Assembly (NCBI RefSeq): GCF_963676685.1
Contig: NC_092354.1
Location: 67,456,001 to 67,520,000, forward strand
Direction: 5' to 3'
Length of the DNA stretch: 64,000 nucleotides
Source: Mytilus edulis
Taxonomy: Eukaryota
Part shown: one piece after another, positions 48,317-63,100 of the stretch
How the letters are laid out: every line of letters starts with the position of its first letter
Position numbering within the stretch: the stretch's first letter is position 1
Translations under genes and position numbers: made by a program
The notes under the pieces: generated by a model
Told to the model about the DNA's origin: nothing
Databases searched by the model: none
What the model saw: the letters and a program-made list of their open reading frames with translations, nothing else

Positions 48317-48934
48317 ATTGGACAGGCACTCCTCTCTTTGCAGAGGCAGAGGGAATATGCCAATTCTGAAACAATTTAATATATTTCCATTTATTTAATC
48401 TGCATGATTTATACATTTAAAAATTGAACCAGTGTAACTTGATATACGACTATTCTTAATTTTCAAAAAATTGTATGTATCTTGCATAGCTTTTCAGAAG
48501 AGTTTCGGCTGTTTTTATAGATAGGATTTTATGATGCCGCATTGCGGTCAAAATGTAAGTGTAGCAGTTACGAATATACTCCAATCTTTTGTTTTTAAAT
48601 GTAGGAACTTTGTCTAAGTTTCTAGAAGTAACTAATGTCTTATTTATAACCAACTGAATGGAGATAAGGCATACTTTAAATTCGTTAAAGATATTTTACG
48701 GAATTTGGAATTTCTTCATATTTTAAATGCTACAAACTCGAACGAGCAGGTCGAGGGAAATTTCGATAATTCAAATTTAGCACCTTCGTGAGTTATCATT
48801 TCAGTGTCACTCTTCAAATATTTATTCTTTTGAGTACAATGACTTTAGAGGAAATAAATCTAAAAATGCAAGAATACGCGTTCCCACTTGTTTTTCCAAC
48901 CTTTGTAGATAAAGTCTGAACCTAAATTGTTCTA

Positions 48935-50085
48935 GGTCAGAGAAGTACAAACATCAGATGTATGCCACGGATTTGTTTTATAGGAAAAGCAATTATCTTT
49001 TCATTCTTACAAATATAAAGATATATTTTTTTTTTAGAAATTTGTCTATAGTTGAATTCAGTATATTTGCCTCCGAGTGTCGTCTGTGTTTTATTGTGAT
49101 ATTGATTAACCTTTTATTCAACATTACTCCTGAGTCCTTTATCAATTGTTCCGCTACGGTTTCGGCTATACACGGGCTTTCATGGGAAAAAATGACCTAT
49201 CAGAATATTTTACTGCAAGGATTGTACCCATCAGAATTTTAAATACAATACCAGATAATGCATGATACGAAACTGTCTACATTCCAAAACACCCCTAAGA
49301 TCTGAAATAAGTATTTTTTTTTGTAACCCCTAAGATGTAATTATTTTTAATTATTTATTGCTGCAAGACCCTCAGAAATTTTTGCATATAAGATGAAAAA
49401 ACCCAAAATTTCACCCTAAGATGTATAAATTGTACACCCCTCAGAAAGGACCATCCATCCCCCTTCAGCAGATATTAACAGGAATGGCCCAATGAACGTA
49501 ACAAATGTTGTTGCATTAGAATTATCGTTTATTGGTGTGGTTCATATCTGTTTTTCGTTAGTTATAGTAATTTCGGGCCTTTTATAGTTTGCAGTTTGGT
49601 GTGAGCCAATGCTCCGTGATGAAGACCGTACTACAACCTATAATTATTAACTTTTAATAAAAGAGGAGCGAAAGATACCAGGTCAGAGAAGTACAAACAT
49701 CAGATGTATGCCACGGATTTGTTTTATAGGAAAAGCAATTATCTTTTCATTCTTACAAATATAAAGATATAATTTTTTTTTTAGAAATTTGTCTATAGTT
49801 GAATTCAGTATATTTGCCTCTGAGTGTCGTCTGTGTTTTATTGTGATATTGTATAACCTTTTATTTAACATTACTCCTGAGTCCTTTATTTTCGATCATT
49901 TTATAAAACTAATAAATAGTTTATGTTATGCATGTTTGGTTTACAAATTTCAAGTCTACTTCTAAACAAGTATATCCGTCAAGCAAAACATTGTAACTAT
50001 CAAATACTTTGGATACAATTCCCACAAGTAAATACGTAGTTTTTTTTATCAATTGTTCCGCTACGGTTTCGGCTATACACGGACT
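48935..50085. repeat. Local direct duplication (about 240 bp; copies 48935-49175 and 49681-50082)
   Basis: Near-identical ggtcagagaagtacaaacatcagatg...ctcctgagtccttt. The second copy has about 160 extra bp before atcaattgttccgctacgg. Confidence 0.9.
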
Positions 50086-50419
50086 TGAAATTGAAGATAG
50101 TTCTCTGAAATATTGATGGAAATATATATATATGGAAGATGTTCAATAACAGATGCACTTTTGGAGATCAATTAAAACTGTGGATTTAAATTTCCCAAAA
50201 GAGCAATTCAATTTTAAATAGAAGTTTAAAATTCACATGTATTTCTGAACAAAAGCAATTATTACTTCAGTTTGTATAGAACTTTAATTTGAGTTTTCCA
50301 TTTTGAAAGAATATGACATGATTATTTAATGTGAAACAAGAGACGTTTGTTCCCGCAGTTCAAATTTACATTTGCAATATGATTTGTATTCGTACAGTTA
50401 TCAATTGTTTAATTACATG

Positions 50420-50650
50420 ATATAAAAAAGAAGATGTGGTATGATTGCCAATGAGACAACTATCCACAAAAGACCAAAATGACACAGAAATTAACAACTA
50501 TAGGTCACCGTACGGCCTTCAACAATGAGCAAAGCCCATACCGCATAGTCAGCTATAATAGGCCCCGAAAAGACAATGTAAAAAAATTCAAACGAGAAAA
50601 CTAACGGCCTTATTTATGTAACAAAATGAACGAAAAACAAATATGTAACA
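50420..50650. repeat. Abundant SINE-like interspersed repeat; relatives near 34600, 51000, 52270 and 55810
   Basis: aagaagatgtggtatgattgccaatgagacaact...ggtcaccgtacggccttcaacaatgagcaaa recurs across the window. Confidence 0.75.
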
Positions 50651-52720
50651 TTTATCGGTATTCCATATTAAACAAAACTTTAAAAATGAATTATAGATAC
50701 ACAAAGAAGTATATGTAGTCAGTCACCATGGTAACTTTTATCGTACATTTTTTCATACAAATATATTTTTGAAAGTTCTGGACGTCTTTTATTCATTTTA
50801 CGATTTTATATTCTTATTTAAATAGCATATATGTTTAAGATTCAAGCGCATTGTTGAAAATTCAAATTTAATGTATATGCTCTTATAGAAGTCATTTGAA
50901 ATTGTTATGAAGACGTCGTGATTGCTCGGCTATGAGAGAAAAAAGCAATGAGCAGCGCCGAATTAATGGATAATCAGAATATGTTGAAATACAAAAAAAG
51001 AAGATGTGGTATGATTGTCAATGGGACAATTCTCCAGAAGTTTCCAACTGACAATTAAATTATCAGCAACTACATAGGTCACCGTTCGGTCTTCAACAAT
51101 GAGCAAATACTTTACCGCATAGCCATCTATAAAAGGCCCTACAATTACACATGTGAAACAATTCAAACGAGAAGAAAACTAATGGTCTTATTACAAACGA
51201 CATCCAATGAATTACAGGCTCCTGACTTGGGACAGGGACATACATGAAAGTATGTTTAGTACATAGAGATAAATACATGGCCTTGTCCATATCGACCCTG
51301 GTATCATCCCGAGACCCCTCATATCAGTCCGAGACGTAGTCGATGTGCTGATATGGGTCGAGGGATAATACCCGGGCCGATATGGAAAAGGCCGTGTATT
51401 AATCTCTTTATTATATACTTCCGAAAATGGTTTTATTTAAGGCAAATAAACAAATGAAATAACTAAAACAGTCAAAAACTTTTTAAAGAAGTTAATCATG
51501 AATCCAACAATACACTATAATTGTACAACAATAGCATTACTACCTCCGTATATGTTATGGTACCATTTCCTATAGTTGCATTTTGAAACATTGAAAATTT
51601 TGAAGCTGGAAGCATGGAGGAAGTATTTACAATTTTATGACCATTATTACTACATGTTGTACTATATGAGATGATTAATAATTGTCAATGGCATATGTTA
51701 GCAAGTACTACTTGTAAACTAGCATCATTTTGAAAATGGATTTAGCCATGTTAATGTATGTTTTTTTCAATAACAGCTGGTTCTGGACAAACAGATTTAT
51801 TACTGGATCCAATAAACCTTATCGCTATTTGTCCGCCATTACTGGACATCACAAAAGTTCCAGTAAATCTCTGACGTCAAAGATATAGATAATCATATTT
51901 TTCTACAAATTGATATAGTAAAATATCGACCGCTAGACACAGTGTGAACCTTTTTGGTGGGTGAGCGTAGCGAACGCGCAAAAAAGCTTTACATTGTGTC
52001 GAGTGGCTGATATATTTTACGATATCTATAAGAAGAAAATTCGATTATCTATTTATCGTTCTATTACTGGTCGTTTTCAACTCCCTAAGACAGTTTTACG
52101 CTTGATGAAAGACCGGGCTGAAGTACGTTCACTATTCACTATTCACTTTTCACTATTCAAAATTCATGAATAGTAAACTGTGTTTTTTTGCACTATTCAC
52201 TATTCAAGTTTATGAAATTGAATATATTTAGTATCAACTTGTATATGTAAAAATGAGGAAAAAAAAAAACCGATATGGTATGCTTGCCAATAAGACAACT
52301 CTCTACAAGGGACCAAATGACCGGCACAGACATTTAAAACAGCTACTCACCGTACGGCCTTCAACAAAGCACAAAGTCTCAATTACTGACAGCTAGTCCA
52401 AAAAAAAATAATAACTAATAAAAAATGTATCTCAGACTAAATTATCCATCATTGCATATCCAACATAGTTAAGAACAGAGAGGAAAAAAACATGACATTG
52501 TGCAATGCCAAGATACAGGAATCATCAGAGTGTAGATCAATGGAATTTTTTTTACTATTAAAAACAATATTGATCCCAATATAAACAATGTTCAAAGAAT
52601 AAATGACAGGGTTGAATTCGTAACCTTTTAGAATAAGTTATTTCAAAGATCGTTAAGTTGATTTGTTAAGTGTAATGTCTGTAATGAATTGCTATAGGGA
52701 TTCGATTAGAATGCGAGGTC

Positions 52721-52878
52721 CATAGGCGGATCCAGAAGGGGGGGGGGCTTTATCGGGAAAAAATTGGTTGATTATATAGGGAATCATTGAAGCTTGACTG
52801 GAGGGGCCCCTACCCACCCCCCCCCCCTTTAGGTCAGTCAGCGGGCCCCCCTTAGGAAAAGTTCTACATCCGCCACTG
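52721..52878. mobile_element. Small hAT-type MITE
   Basis: CAtaGGCGGATcc ... ATCCGCCacTG termini with G/C tracts inside. Confidence 0.55.
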
Positions 52879-53106
52879 AGTCTGGTCCTTGTAATATATA
52901 GTATTAAGGTATAAACAGATAGGATATTTTTTATGCCTATCCCTTTTATCTAGAATTTTTTATTTTTTACGTAAAATTGAACTTGATCATGCATCTCAAA
53001 TCCACTTATCTAGGAGCTATGGTACAATTGTCGCACATACTTAGGGGATTCAAGGGTTCAAAACTCGATCATAACGTGCTTGTGGAAGTCTTTTTTTATA
53101 AGGTTC

Positions 53107-54177
53107 CAGGGGCGTGTCCAGGATATTTGAAAGGGGGGCGTAGAATAAAATATTTCGCCAAGCGAAGCGAGGCGAAAATTTTTTTGGACCTTTTTTGGCT
53201 TAAAAACATAAAATAATAGAGAATTGCACTAATGTAACGGTTCCTGACTTGGAGCATGTATATTTTATAGTTAAAGTGTCAGGGTGTGACATTTTTTATG
53301 CCGAGTTTTCTCCATTAATTGTCTATGGTATATTAAAATGATTGGATGGATCTTAACAGCAGTAGACCAATAACGAGAAATTCCAAACTCAAGGGTATAA
53401 GGAGTAACTTAACATTTCAATACCTAGGCCAGGATTTTATGAACGAGAGGCGTGATTACGGTTGAGGGTCCATGGGGAAGCTCAGAAGCTCCTGAATTTC
53501 AACAATTTAGCATCAAATTATGAAGTAATCCCTCTATTTTTGATTAAGTTCGGGTTTCGTTGAACGACACACATGATACAAGACAAATAAACACTGAAGA
53601 ATAAAGTTCTTTCGTTCTGAGTATTGCTTTAATGTGGAAATATACATATTTCTAGTATACATGTACCTTGACGCAAAACCTAAAATGAACACAGAAAAAT
53701 ACTGACGGACTATCATTTTCAATTACTAGAGTGGATTCATAAGAACCATTTTACGTGGATTTCTCATGGCGTAATCGTCAATAATTTTATCAAAATCAAG
53801 TTTAATGTCTCTGTGAATATATAAAAGAAGCAGAGCATTTAGGCGATCCTCCTTCATGGTGCTTCTCAAATCATTCTTGATCAACTTAAGGGATGAGTTA
53901 GCTCTTTCGGTGGAGCTTGACGTGACGCTCGTCAAAGCAAGTAAGAAGAGAACTTTCATGATGTTTGGGAATAAAGTCGAGCATGCCCTTACATCAGTTA
54001 AGGTTGATGTTATTGACTCTGGTTTGTCCTATTGATTTTCCCAAAACGACTTCCAGAGTCTCATCTCTTGCCTTCTCAAATTGGGGAATCAGTATAAAAA
54101 GAAATCAGAGTATGTGTTTAATTAATGAATATGATAAATTGCCATCATTCAATACAATACTAGCAGATTATAACGAT

Positions 54178-54222
<45 letters not shown>

Positions 54223-54268
54223 GGGGGGGGGCGTACGCCCATTACGCCCTTACCTGGACCCGCCCCTG
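53107..54268 (-). mobile_element. Internally deleted hAT retaining only the C-terminal dimerisation domain
   Basis: TIR CAGGGGCGtGTCCAGG / CCTGGACcCGCCCCTG; ORF 53726..53959 TERANSSLKLIKNDLRSTMKEDRLNALLLLYIHRDI; GGTTC duplicated at both flanks. Confidence 0.85.
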
Positions 54269-54378
54269 GGTTCGGCCGTTTTTTGGTATTCGGGCGCTCT
54301 AATATCCCTTAAATCGTATCTGTGCACTATATTCACTATATAGGTTTGGTTCCCCCTTTTATTACCTTAAGGTTTTTT

Positions 54379-54720
54379 TTAACAACTTTGAGTATTTTTT
54401 CTTTTGTTTCCCTCAAGAATGGATACGTCCATGCTTACCTCTTTCAAAATATTTTTAACATATGTAAACCAGGTATAGCAACCTGAATTATCTAAACTTT
54501 TAGAAAGTAAAAAGGATTCGTATAATAATGGATTAATTTCAGAATTTAGTAATCTTGAAAGTAAGTATAGTATACTTTGAGTTTTTATATGCATCTCTAG
54601 TGGGTATCTCCCTAGCACTAATTTTACAGCTCTGTTTGATGAAGATTTTCTTGTTCCGAAGATATATTGACAGAAAGACAAATGTAATTTTTCTAAACTT
54701 GATTTATCAGTAAAATTAAG
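54379..54720 (-). mobile_element. LINE ORF2 C-terminal fragment (RTE-X-like)
   Basis: KLHLSFCQYIFGTRKSSSNRAVKLVLGRYPL motif. Confidence 0.6.
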
Positions 54721-57499
54721 GGGTCTATATTTGTTTTGGAGATATTTGCACGTTTTTCTGCTCTAAATTTTGAAACATAACATGCTTCGATTGTTATTAC
54801 ATGCCTTTCCGAAACGTTATCGCATGGCATCTTTTTTTTGATACCTGTTTGTTGACCTTATTAATCTATTTTTTGTGACGTTTTGATACCGGTTAGTTAT
54901 TTTGGATACTGGTTCAATGATGTATTGATATCGTTTTGTTGACGTTTTGAAATTGGTGTGTTGGTATTTTGACAAAGGGTAGATATAAATACAATTATGG
55001 TGCCACGAATTTATTTTACATTTTATTTATAAGCCAGTTACAGCCTGATTCCATTTCTGAGTCATTAACCTGTACATCTTTTGTGGTGTGGTTGTCTCGA
55101 AAACCTGCTGTAGTTACGGCATAACTACATTTCTACATACAAACATGACAAAGTTAACTGATTATATTCCGATTTTAATTTAACTATGCATCATGACCGT
55201 TTATTTATTTTTTAGCTATCTTTATAAACCTAAGGTCAGTAGTGCTTTTAGGTCTTTTATCATGTAGTGAATACAAAATAAAAAAAAATCATTTTCATAT
55301 GTATGCACAGTTATAACAATTTTTTCTACGCCTGAATCATCCCTTAGTTTGGAAAAAGTAGGTTCATTAGATACGGGTTTTGTTGTCCAATCACACTGCT
55401 CAGATACATTGACTAAAGTAGGGTACACAAAAGAAAGAATAAAATCCGGAATGCGAATACTACAGTGCCAACTGAATATGTCTGGATAAACATAAATGTG
55501 TGTACGAAGTGCGATCAAACTACTTCTGTGTCGTAAAACTTTTTGGAGGACATTTTGTTGGCAGGATTAACTTGATTGATTGCTAGAAATATATAGGAGC
55601 TTCCATTTGATTTATATGGGTCTATGATGAATTTTGTCTTGCATTTTTTTTATTAGTTTCTCTTGTCATCCGTCCTTTTTTTTTTTGCCAAGTTGCTCAT
55701 TCTGCTTTTATTTTTTTCCAAAAAGTTCTGTCCTTCCTATTTTCAAATTTGACCCAAGACCACCCCCACCCCCTAAAATCAAATGGTAGCTCCCTAAATA
55801 TATGTGTCGTAGTTGCGAATGAGACAACTAATCGCAGTAGTCCAAATAACGTTAATTTAAGCCACAAGATGTCACCGTACGGCCTTCAATAATGATCAAA
55901 ACCAATTAAATAATATGTGAAACATCTTTATAAAGCCTGTTATTTTCTTTGACTGATTAGTTTTGACTTTACACAGAAAAAAAAAAACAAAAAAAAAACT
56001 ATATCGTAGTGATACATATTTATCCTAACCTCGGTTAAAGATTAGATGTAGAATACATTCACCTTATTATTTGTTCACAGTTTATCTTTTAAATAACTGT
56101 GTCATGTCGCCTTAATAATTACATCTATATTTTTGTGTAAATAAGTCCGTAAATAACACGTATAATGTTGAGATATATTTATGTTTTTATGAGGTAAGTG
56201 TTTAAAATCGAATGAACAATTAGTTTCATAGATGAAGTCTCTGATAATATAAACGGTACCCTTTTTAATACACCAGATGCCCAGTTTCCCAATTCATATT
56301 GTAAGTCATTATATATCTACTAACCTATAGCTGTACAATGTAACCTATGAGAATGTAACAAGAGTATAAATATCAATAACCGAAAATTATACCATAGCTA
56401 TCTATGGTATAATTATCACAATTGTTGTGTATGCTTTTCGAAAAGAAAAACAAAGGTGGCAAGACCTGGACGAGGTCGCCTGAATTTTATAAGTGACATA
56501 GGAACAACATAGTCAGTGTGGGGCCACTAAGCTAAACTGCCCGCTTTGCACCAGCCGATATAAATGAATGTCTAGGGTGGGAATCGAACCGACGTACACC
56601 CCTCCGATGTCCTATAATTATAAATGAACAAAAAATTCGCTTTAAAAACAAATTCAAAAAATGTTTAAATGTGTTAAAATTATTAAATAATACATGAAAA
56701 TATAAGCTGATTTTAGGTGATTCATATGTCTACTTAGATTGTAGTCCCATAGGTTCCACTGTACAGCTACAGTGGAGATCAGTTCTAACCTCTCTTAAAT
56801 TCTGTCAGAATCTGTCAGGAGAACTGTTCTACAACAGTATGTAGAACTGTCAGCCTGACACCTTTTAGTCAGTTCTAGGTTATAACTGTTCTAGCTAGAA
56901 CTGATTTGGTCAGTTCTACCTAGAACTGATTTAGACAGTTCTAGCTAGAACTGATCCTGACAGTTCTACCCTAGAACAGTTTTAGACAGTTCCACCTAGA
57001 ACTGACCAAATCTTTGGTCAGTTCTACTCCTAGAACAGTTAGAATTGATTTCTAATTTTACGGCTAGAATTGATTTATAAATTCTACGGCCAGAATTGAT
57101 TTATAAATTCTACGGCTAAAATTGATTTATAAATTCTACGGCTAGAATTGATTTGTAAGTTTTAAGAAATCTGTGTCTAAATATAAAGGCTTCGGCAAAA
57201 AAGCGATTAATTAATATTATACAGAGGTTTGCTATTTTGCCGGTTTTATTTCAGATTTATAATCGGCAAGAGAACATGTTTAACCCCGCCATATTCTGCA
57301 TGGATGTGCCTGTTCCAAGTCAGGAGCCCGTAATTCAGTGATTTTCTTTTGTTGATGTGTTACATAAATTATTTGTTTTTCTTTAATTTTTTGTACATAA
57401 ATTAGGCCGTTAGTATTAGGGGGGGGGGTGCATTATTATTTGAATTGTTTTTCATTTGTTATTCCGGGAGTCAGGATGGCTCGTTTTCACATAACAAAA

Positions 57500-59330
57500 T
57501 TATCTGACCTCATTAACCAAATGTAATATCTGTTTACGAATAGTATTCATACCTGGGCGGACCTGTTTAACAAAAATCTTTTAACCGCACCAATCTAAAC
57601 TGACATTATTTGCTCTTTCTTTCTGCAAATCTATATACATGTAGCTGCACAGTACTTCAGTTTTAATTTTAGGTAAAGAGGGACTGTAATATACAAGTTA
57701 CAGCAATATAGGAAAACAATTGTGTTCGCATCAATTTATAGTGCCAGCATGCAGGGGCAGATCCAGTCATTTTAAAGGGGGGGGGGGTTTCCAACCATGA
57801 GTAAAGGGTGTTCCAACTATATCCTCCCATTCAAATGCATTGATCATAAAAAAAGGGAGGTTCCAACTCCTGGACCCCCTTGATACACCAATGAGCATGT
57901 CCTCTTTTTGTTCAAAATATTGAATCAAAAACAAATATCAGTAGTTTTCATACTTCAGACTGAGTCGTGTAATAAAATCTTTTGACCGCATCAACCAAAA
58001 CTTACCATATTTGATTTTTTTTTTATGTAAATCTAAAAGCTGCACAGTAATTCAGTTATAATTTTAGGTCAAGAGAGACTGTAGTATATAAATAACTACA
58101 ATATTGGAAATCAATGACCACATTTTTTTTCTCGCATCTATTGAGAGTGCCAGCATTTCCTATTTTTATTCAAAATATCGCATCTGAAAAAAATATCAGT
58201 AGTTTTCATACCTCAGACTGACTCATGTAACAAAATTATTTGTCTGCATCAATCAAAACTGACCATATTTGACAGCATCAAACGAAACTGACCATATTTG
58301 ACCTGACCATATTTGACCGCATCAACCAAAACTGACCATATTTGCTCTTTTTTAATGTAACTCTTATAGTCGCATAGTAAATCTGTAATATTTTTTATGT
58401 AAGGATTGATTGTAAAATCATGAGAATACAAATGATAGAAATATTGGAACACAATGCTACCTAATTTCATTTGTATCAATTTAGAGTGCCAGCATGTCCT
58501 CTTTTTATTCAAAATATTGCATCATAAACAAATATCAGTAGTTTTCATACCTCAGACTGACTGGTATAACAAATGTATTTGTCCGCATCAACCAAAACTG
58601 ACCATATTTGCACTTTATTATGTACATGATGTCAATCTTAATAGCCGCAAAGTAAATGACTTATATATTTATATCAGGATGGATTGTTTAATATAAAAGA
58701 AAGCAATATTGGAAAACAAAATTATGCTCACATCAGTTTAGAGTGCCAGCATGTCCTCTTTTTAATCAAAATTTTGAATCGTAAACTAATTTCAGTAGTT
58801 TTGATATCTCAGACTGACTCATGAATATAACAAAATTATTTGTCCGCATCAACCAAAACTGACCATATTTGACAGCATCAACCAAAACTGACCATATGTG
58901 ACAGCATCAACCAAAACTGACCATATTTACACTTTGTTATGTAAATCTTGATATATATATATATAGCCACATACTAAATCACTTATAGTAATACATATTG
59001 CGATGGATTGTATAATTCAAATGACAGCAATATCAATGAATATTGGAACACATTGACTACAAAAAAAATTCCACATCAATTTAGACAACGTTAGAGTATC
59101 AGCAAGTCCTCTTTTTATTCAAAATATTGAACTGTAAACAAATTTCAGTAGTTTCGATATATCGGACTGAGTCGTTTTAACAAAATTAGTTGACCGCATC
59201 AACCAAAACTGAACGTATTTACACTTTATCATGTAAACATGGTAAATATATATCGCCTCATTGTAAAGCAATAATATTTCTATGTGAGGACGGATTGTAT
59301 GATAAAAATGACACCAACTTTGGCACACAA
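57500..59330. repeat. Degenerate tandem repeat (unit about 260 bp, about 6 units) with variable 29-bp internal sub-repeats
   Basis: gtgccagcatgtcctctttt...cagtagttttcatacctcagactgac...gcatcaaccaaaactgaccatattt recurs at about 57741, 58148, 58486, 58743 and 59097. Confidence 0.85.
57752..57893. mobile_element. 142-bp hAT-type MITE with a 6-bp duplication
   Basis: AGCATG|CAGGGGCAGATCC...GATACACCAATG|AGCATG. Neighbouring tandem units show the empty site gtgccagcatgtcctc. Confidence 0.75.
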
Positions 59331-60125
59331 TACACCTTATTGCTAATCCCGGCTGACCCGGCCTCTTGTACTTTTGAAGCATACAACAATCACTTTTCCA
59401 TTGTGGCATCAGATATTTTGTTTTATGACGTTAAAATTTTACGGGAACCTGTGTGATATCCAGTAATGGCAGACAAATAGCGACAAGGTGTATTTATACC
59501 ATATCTAAATATTTAGCGCGCTGTTATTTTCTCTCTGTATCCGTAATAATGAACCGTCACTAAAGTCAGTAACTTTTTAAGTCAGTAGTTCATTGTAGTT
59601 TGTGATGTTTGTTTTTTTTAAATAAAACTATTTAACGAATAACGGCATCATCTAACACTCACAACTGATTCATATACTTTATCTTAAAATAAAAAGTACA
59701 TGTATGGGAAGTTCTCTTCTTGGAATAGTATTCTGTTAATATAATTTGAAGAAGGCAAAGAAAAATGCATGATTTTTTTTGTAGCCCAACTTCCAGGGGC
59801 AAATGTTTCATTCATGTTCAGATCGAGTATATTTTTCTGAGTTCCAGACTCCCAGATATCATTTATAATCGTTATGGATAAGTCTGGCTAAATTGAGGAA
59901 ATGGTGCAAATGTACAGTTTTTTTACGTTATACAACACTTTTTTCATGAATATCTAATAATTCATCCACTGTACAATTTTCGTTTGAACATTTGTCAAAA
60001 CAGAATCTTAAATGAATGTAAATCCAAGGCAAACAAGGTAAATTACGATTAAAATTCCATAAATTAAATACAGAGTTATATTTAGGAAGAGACCGTTAAA
60101 AACGGGGAACGAAGAAACGTAAACA

Positions 60126-63100
60126 ATGATGTTTCCGTATGCAATCTGTCAAAGTTCATCTAATCCATTTGAAAGTCTATATCATTATTCGAATGATGAC
60201 TGTGGCATGAAAACACCAACAAACTCATTTAAACCATCTCACCAGTCTACACCAATACGTACAAATAAAACAAAAACAAATTGTAAAAAACCTTTGCGAA
60301 TACTTAACATCAATTTTCAGTCTATCAAACGTAAACAACACCTTATTCAAAATATAATTGATAGCACTAAACCGGATATTGTAATCGGAACAGAAACTTG
60401 GCTCGACTCTACAATAAAAGACATTGAAATCTTTCCTGAAGAGTACACACTATACAGAAAAGACAGAAAAAACAAGCAGGGTGGCGGCGTACTTATTGCA
60501 ATAAAATCAGAATTTATAAGTGATGAAGTTGAAAACCTTACACCTGACGATAAATGTGAAATGGTATGGGCCAAAATTGAAATTAAGGGTAGCAGATCAC
60601 TTTATATATCATCCTTTTACAACCCAAAAACATATAATGATCAAAGCATGAAGTGGTTTGACACATCAGTTAGGAGAGCTACTCAAATAAAAAATGCAGC
60701 TATATTAAATGGAGGAGATTTTAATCTCCCAGGGTGGGATTGGAAAAACAAAATACTTAAACCAAAATCAACCCACCAAAGTATACATTATGATTTTGGA
60801 AATACTTTGGATGACACGGGCTTGGTACAATTAATTGAAAATCCAACAAGAAAGGACAATATACTAGATCTCATTATCACAAATTTACCAAACTAGGTCC
60901 CACGAATTGAAATCATGCCGGGAATCTCAGATCATGACATTGTCTTTATAGAATTCAATTTAACACCATCTAAGCTAAAACAAACACCAAGAAATGTGCA
61001 GATTTACAACAAGGCAAACTGGGAAACAATGAAAAAAGAAGTAATCAACTTACAACATACCATACAGGAAAAGGTTAATACACATACTGTTGATGAACTG
61101 TTCAAAACAAAACTCAATGAACTAGTCAGTGAGCATATTCCACACAAAAAGCTAACTACAAAAAATAAAACCCCATGGGTAACATTTGAACAAGAAAATT
61201 AATGAAAAAGAGAGACAGACTTTATAAAAAGATGAAAAAGTCTGGAAATGACAATATGAGAAAAAAGTATAAGCAAATTAAACATCAGGTACAAAAACAA
61301 CTCAGACAATCATACTGGCAATACATTGAAAATGTTGAAACACCAAAACCAGATGAAAACAAATTTTCCAACATGAGAAAATTTTGGTCTTATATTAAAA
61401 GCAAAAAAACTGACTACAGTGGAATAACATCACTTAAGCAGATTTGGAAACTTATACCTGACACCAAACAAAAATCTGATGCACTCAACAGGCAGTTTCA
61501 ATCAGTTTTCTCAGAACCAAACAAAATCACTGCTACTGAATTTGAAAGCAATCAATACATGCAACAGAAAACAGCTTACCCTACCATGCCCGATATAAAT
61601 ATCACCATCCAAGGTATCTCAAAACTTCTTCTAAATTTAAACCCATCCAAGGCAAGTGGACCAAACTTAAGCCACGTCTCCTTAGGGAGTTAGCACATGA
61701 AATTTCACCAATACTATGCCTTATATATCAAAAATCATTAGACACTGGCGAAGTCCCTACTGACTGGCGTACTGCACATGTTTCACCCATCTACAAGAAA
61801 GGTTCCAAATATAATCCAGAGAATTATAGACCTATTTCTTTGACATGTATATGTTGTAAACTTATGGAACATGTTGTAGTTAGCGCAATCATGACACACG
61901 CAGACAAACATAACATCCTGTATCCCCTACAACACGGTTTTCGAAAAAAACAGATCTTGTGAAACTCAACTTTTGGAATTTGTAGATGATGTCACTAAAA
62001 ATATGAAAAACTCAAAACAAACAGATGTACTTATAATGGATTTCTCCAAAGCTTTTGATAAAGTCAGTCATAACTTGTTAACACACAAATTAAATTACTA
62101 TGGGATACAGGGGAAAACAAATGCATGGATACAGGGCTTCTTATCATGTCGTACCCAAGCAGTTATCCTAGAGGGTGAGACTTCAGGTTATGTCCCTGTA
62201 AAGTCCGGAGTGCCTCAAGAATCTGTTCTGGGCCCAAGTCTGTTTTTATTTTACATAAACGACATACCAGTTGGGCAAAATTCCACCATACGCCTATTTG
62301 CAGACGACGCCATTGCATATCTGGTAATAAAATCAAACAGTGATTGCGAAACCCTTCAAAAAGACCTCAACACACTAGGCATTTGGGAAAATACATGGAA
62401 AATGGCTTTCCATCCTGACAAGTGTAATGTCATGTCCATCAGCCGAAATAAAAATCCATGTGTATATAATTACACTTTACATGGCCACATTCTTGAACAT
62501 GTCGATAAGGCAAACTACCTAGGTGTGACAATTCAATCAGACTTGAAATGGCACAGTCACATAAACAACATCTGTAATAAAGCCAACAGCACACTAGGTT
62601 TTCTTCGAAGGAATCTTAACATCAGTTCCACCTCAGTAAAGGAACAGGAATATAGATCTTTAGTCAGACCATCGCTAGAATACGCCTGTTCAGTTTGGGA
62701 CCCTTAGTTTACTGAGGATATTAACAAGATAGAAAAAGTACAAAGAAGGGCTGCTAGATATGTCACTAACCGACACAGAAACACCTCAAGCGTTAGTGAC
62801 ATGCTAGATCATTTAAAATGGAGAGACCTGACACACAGAAGAACCAATGCACGCCTGTTCATGTTCTATAAAATTTCATATCACCTAATTGCTATCACAA
62901 AAACAGACAGATTAATTCAAACGCTCAGACAGTCCAGGAACATGCACACACTCTCATACCAAATTCCCTCCTGCCGAACACAAATAAGACAACAATCATT
63001 TTTCCCACGCACAATTAAAATCTGGAACAGCCTTCCCCCGAGTTTTGTGATGAGCGACTCTATAGAGTCGTTCAAAGTAGCCGTCTCAAACTACACCTAC

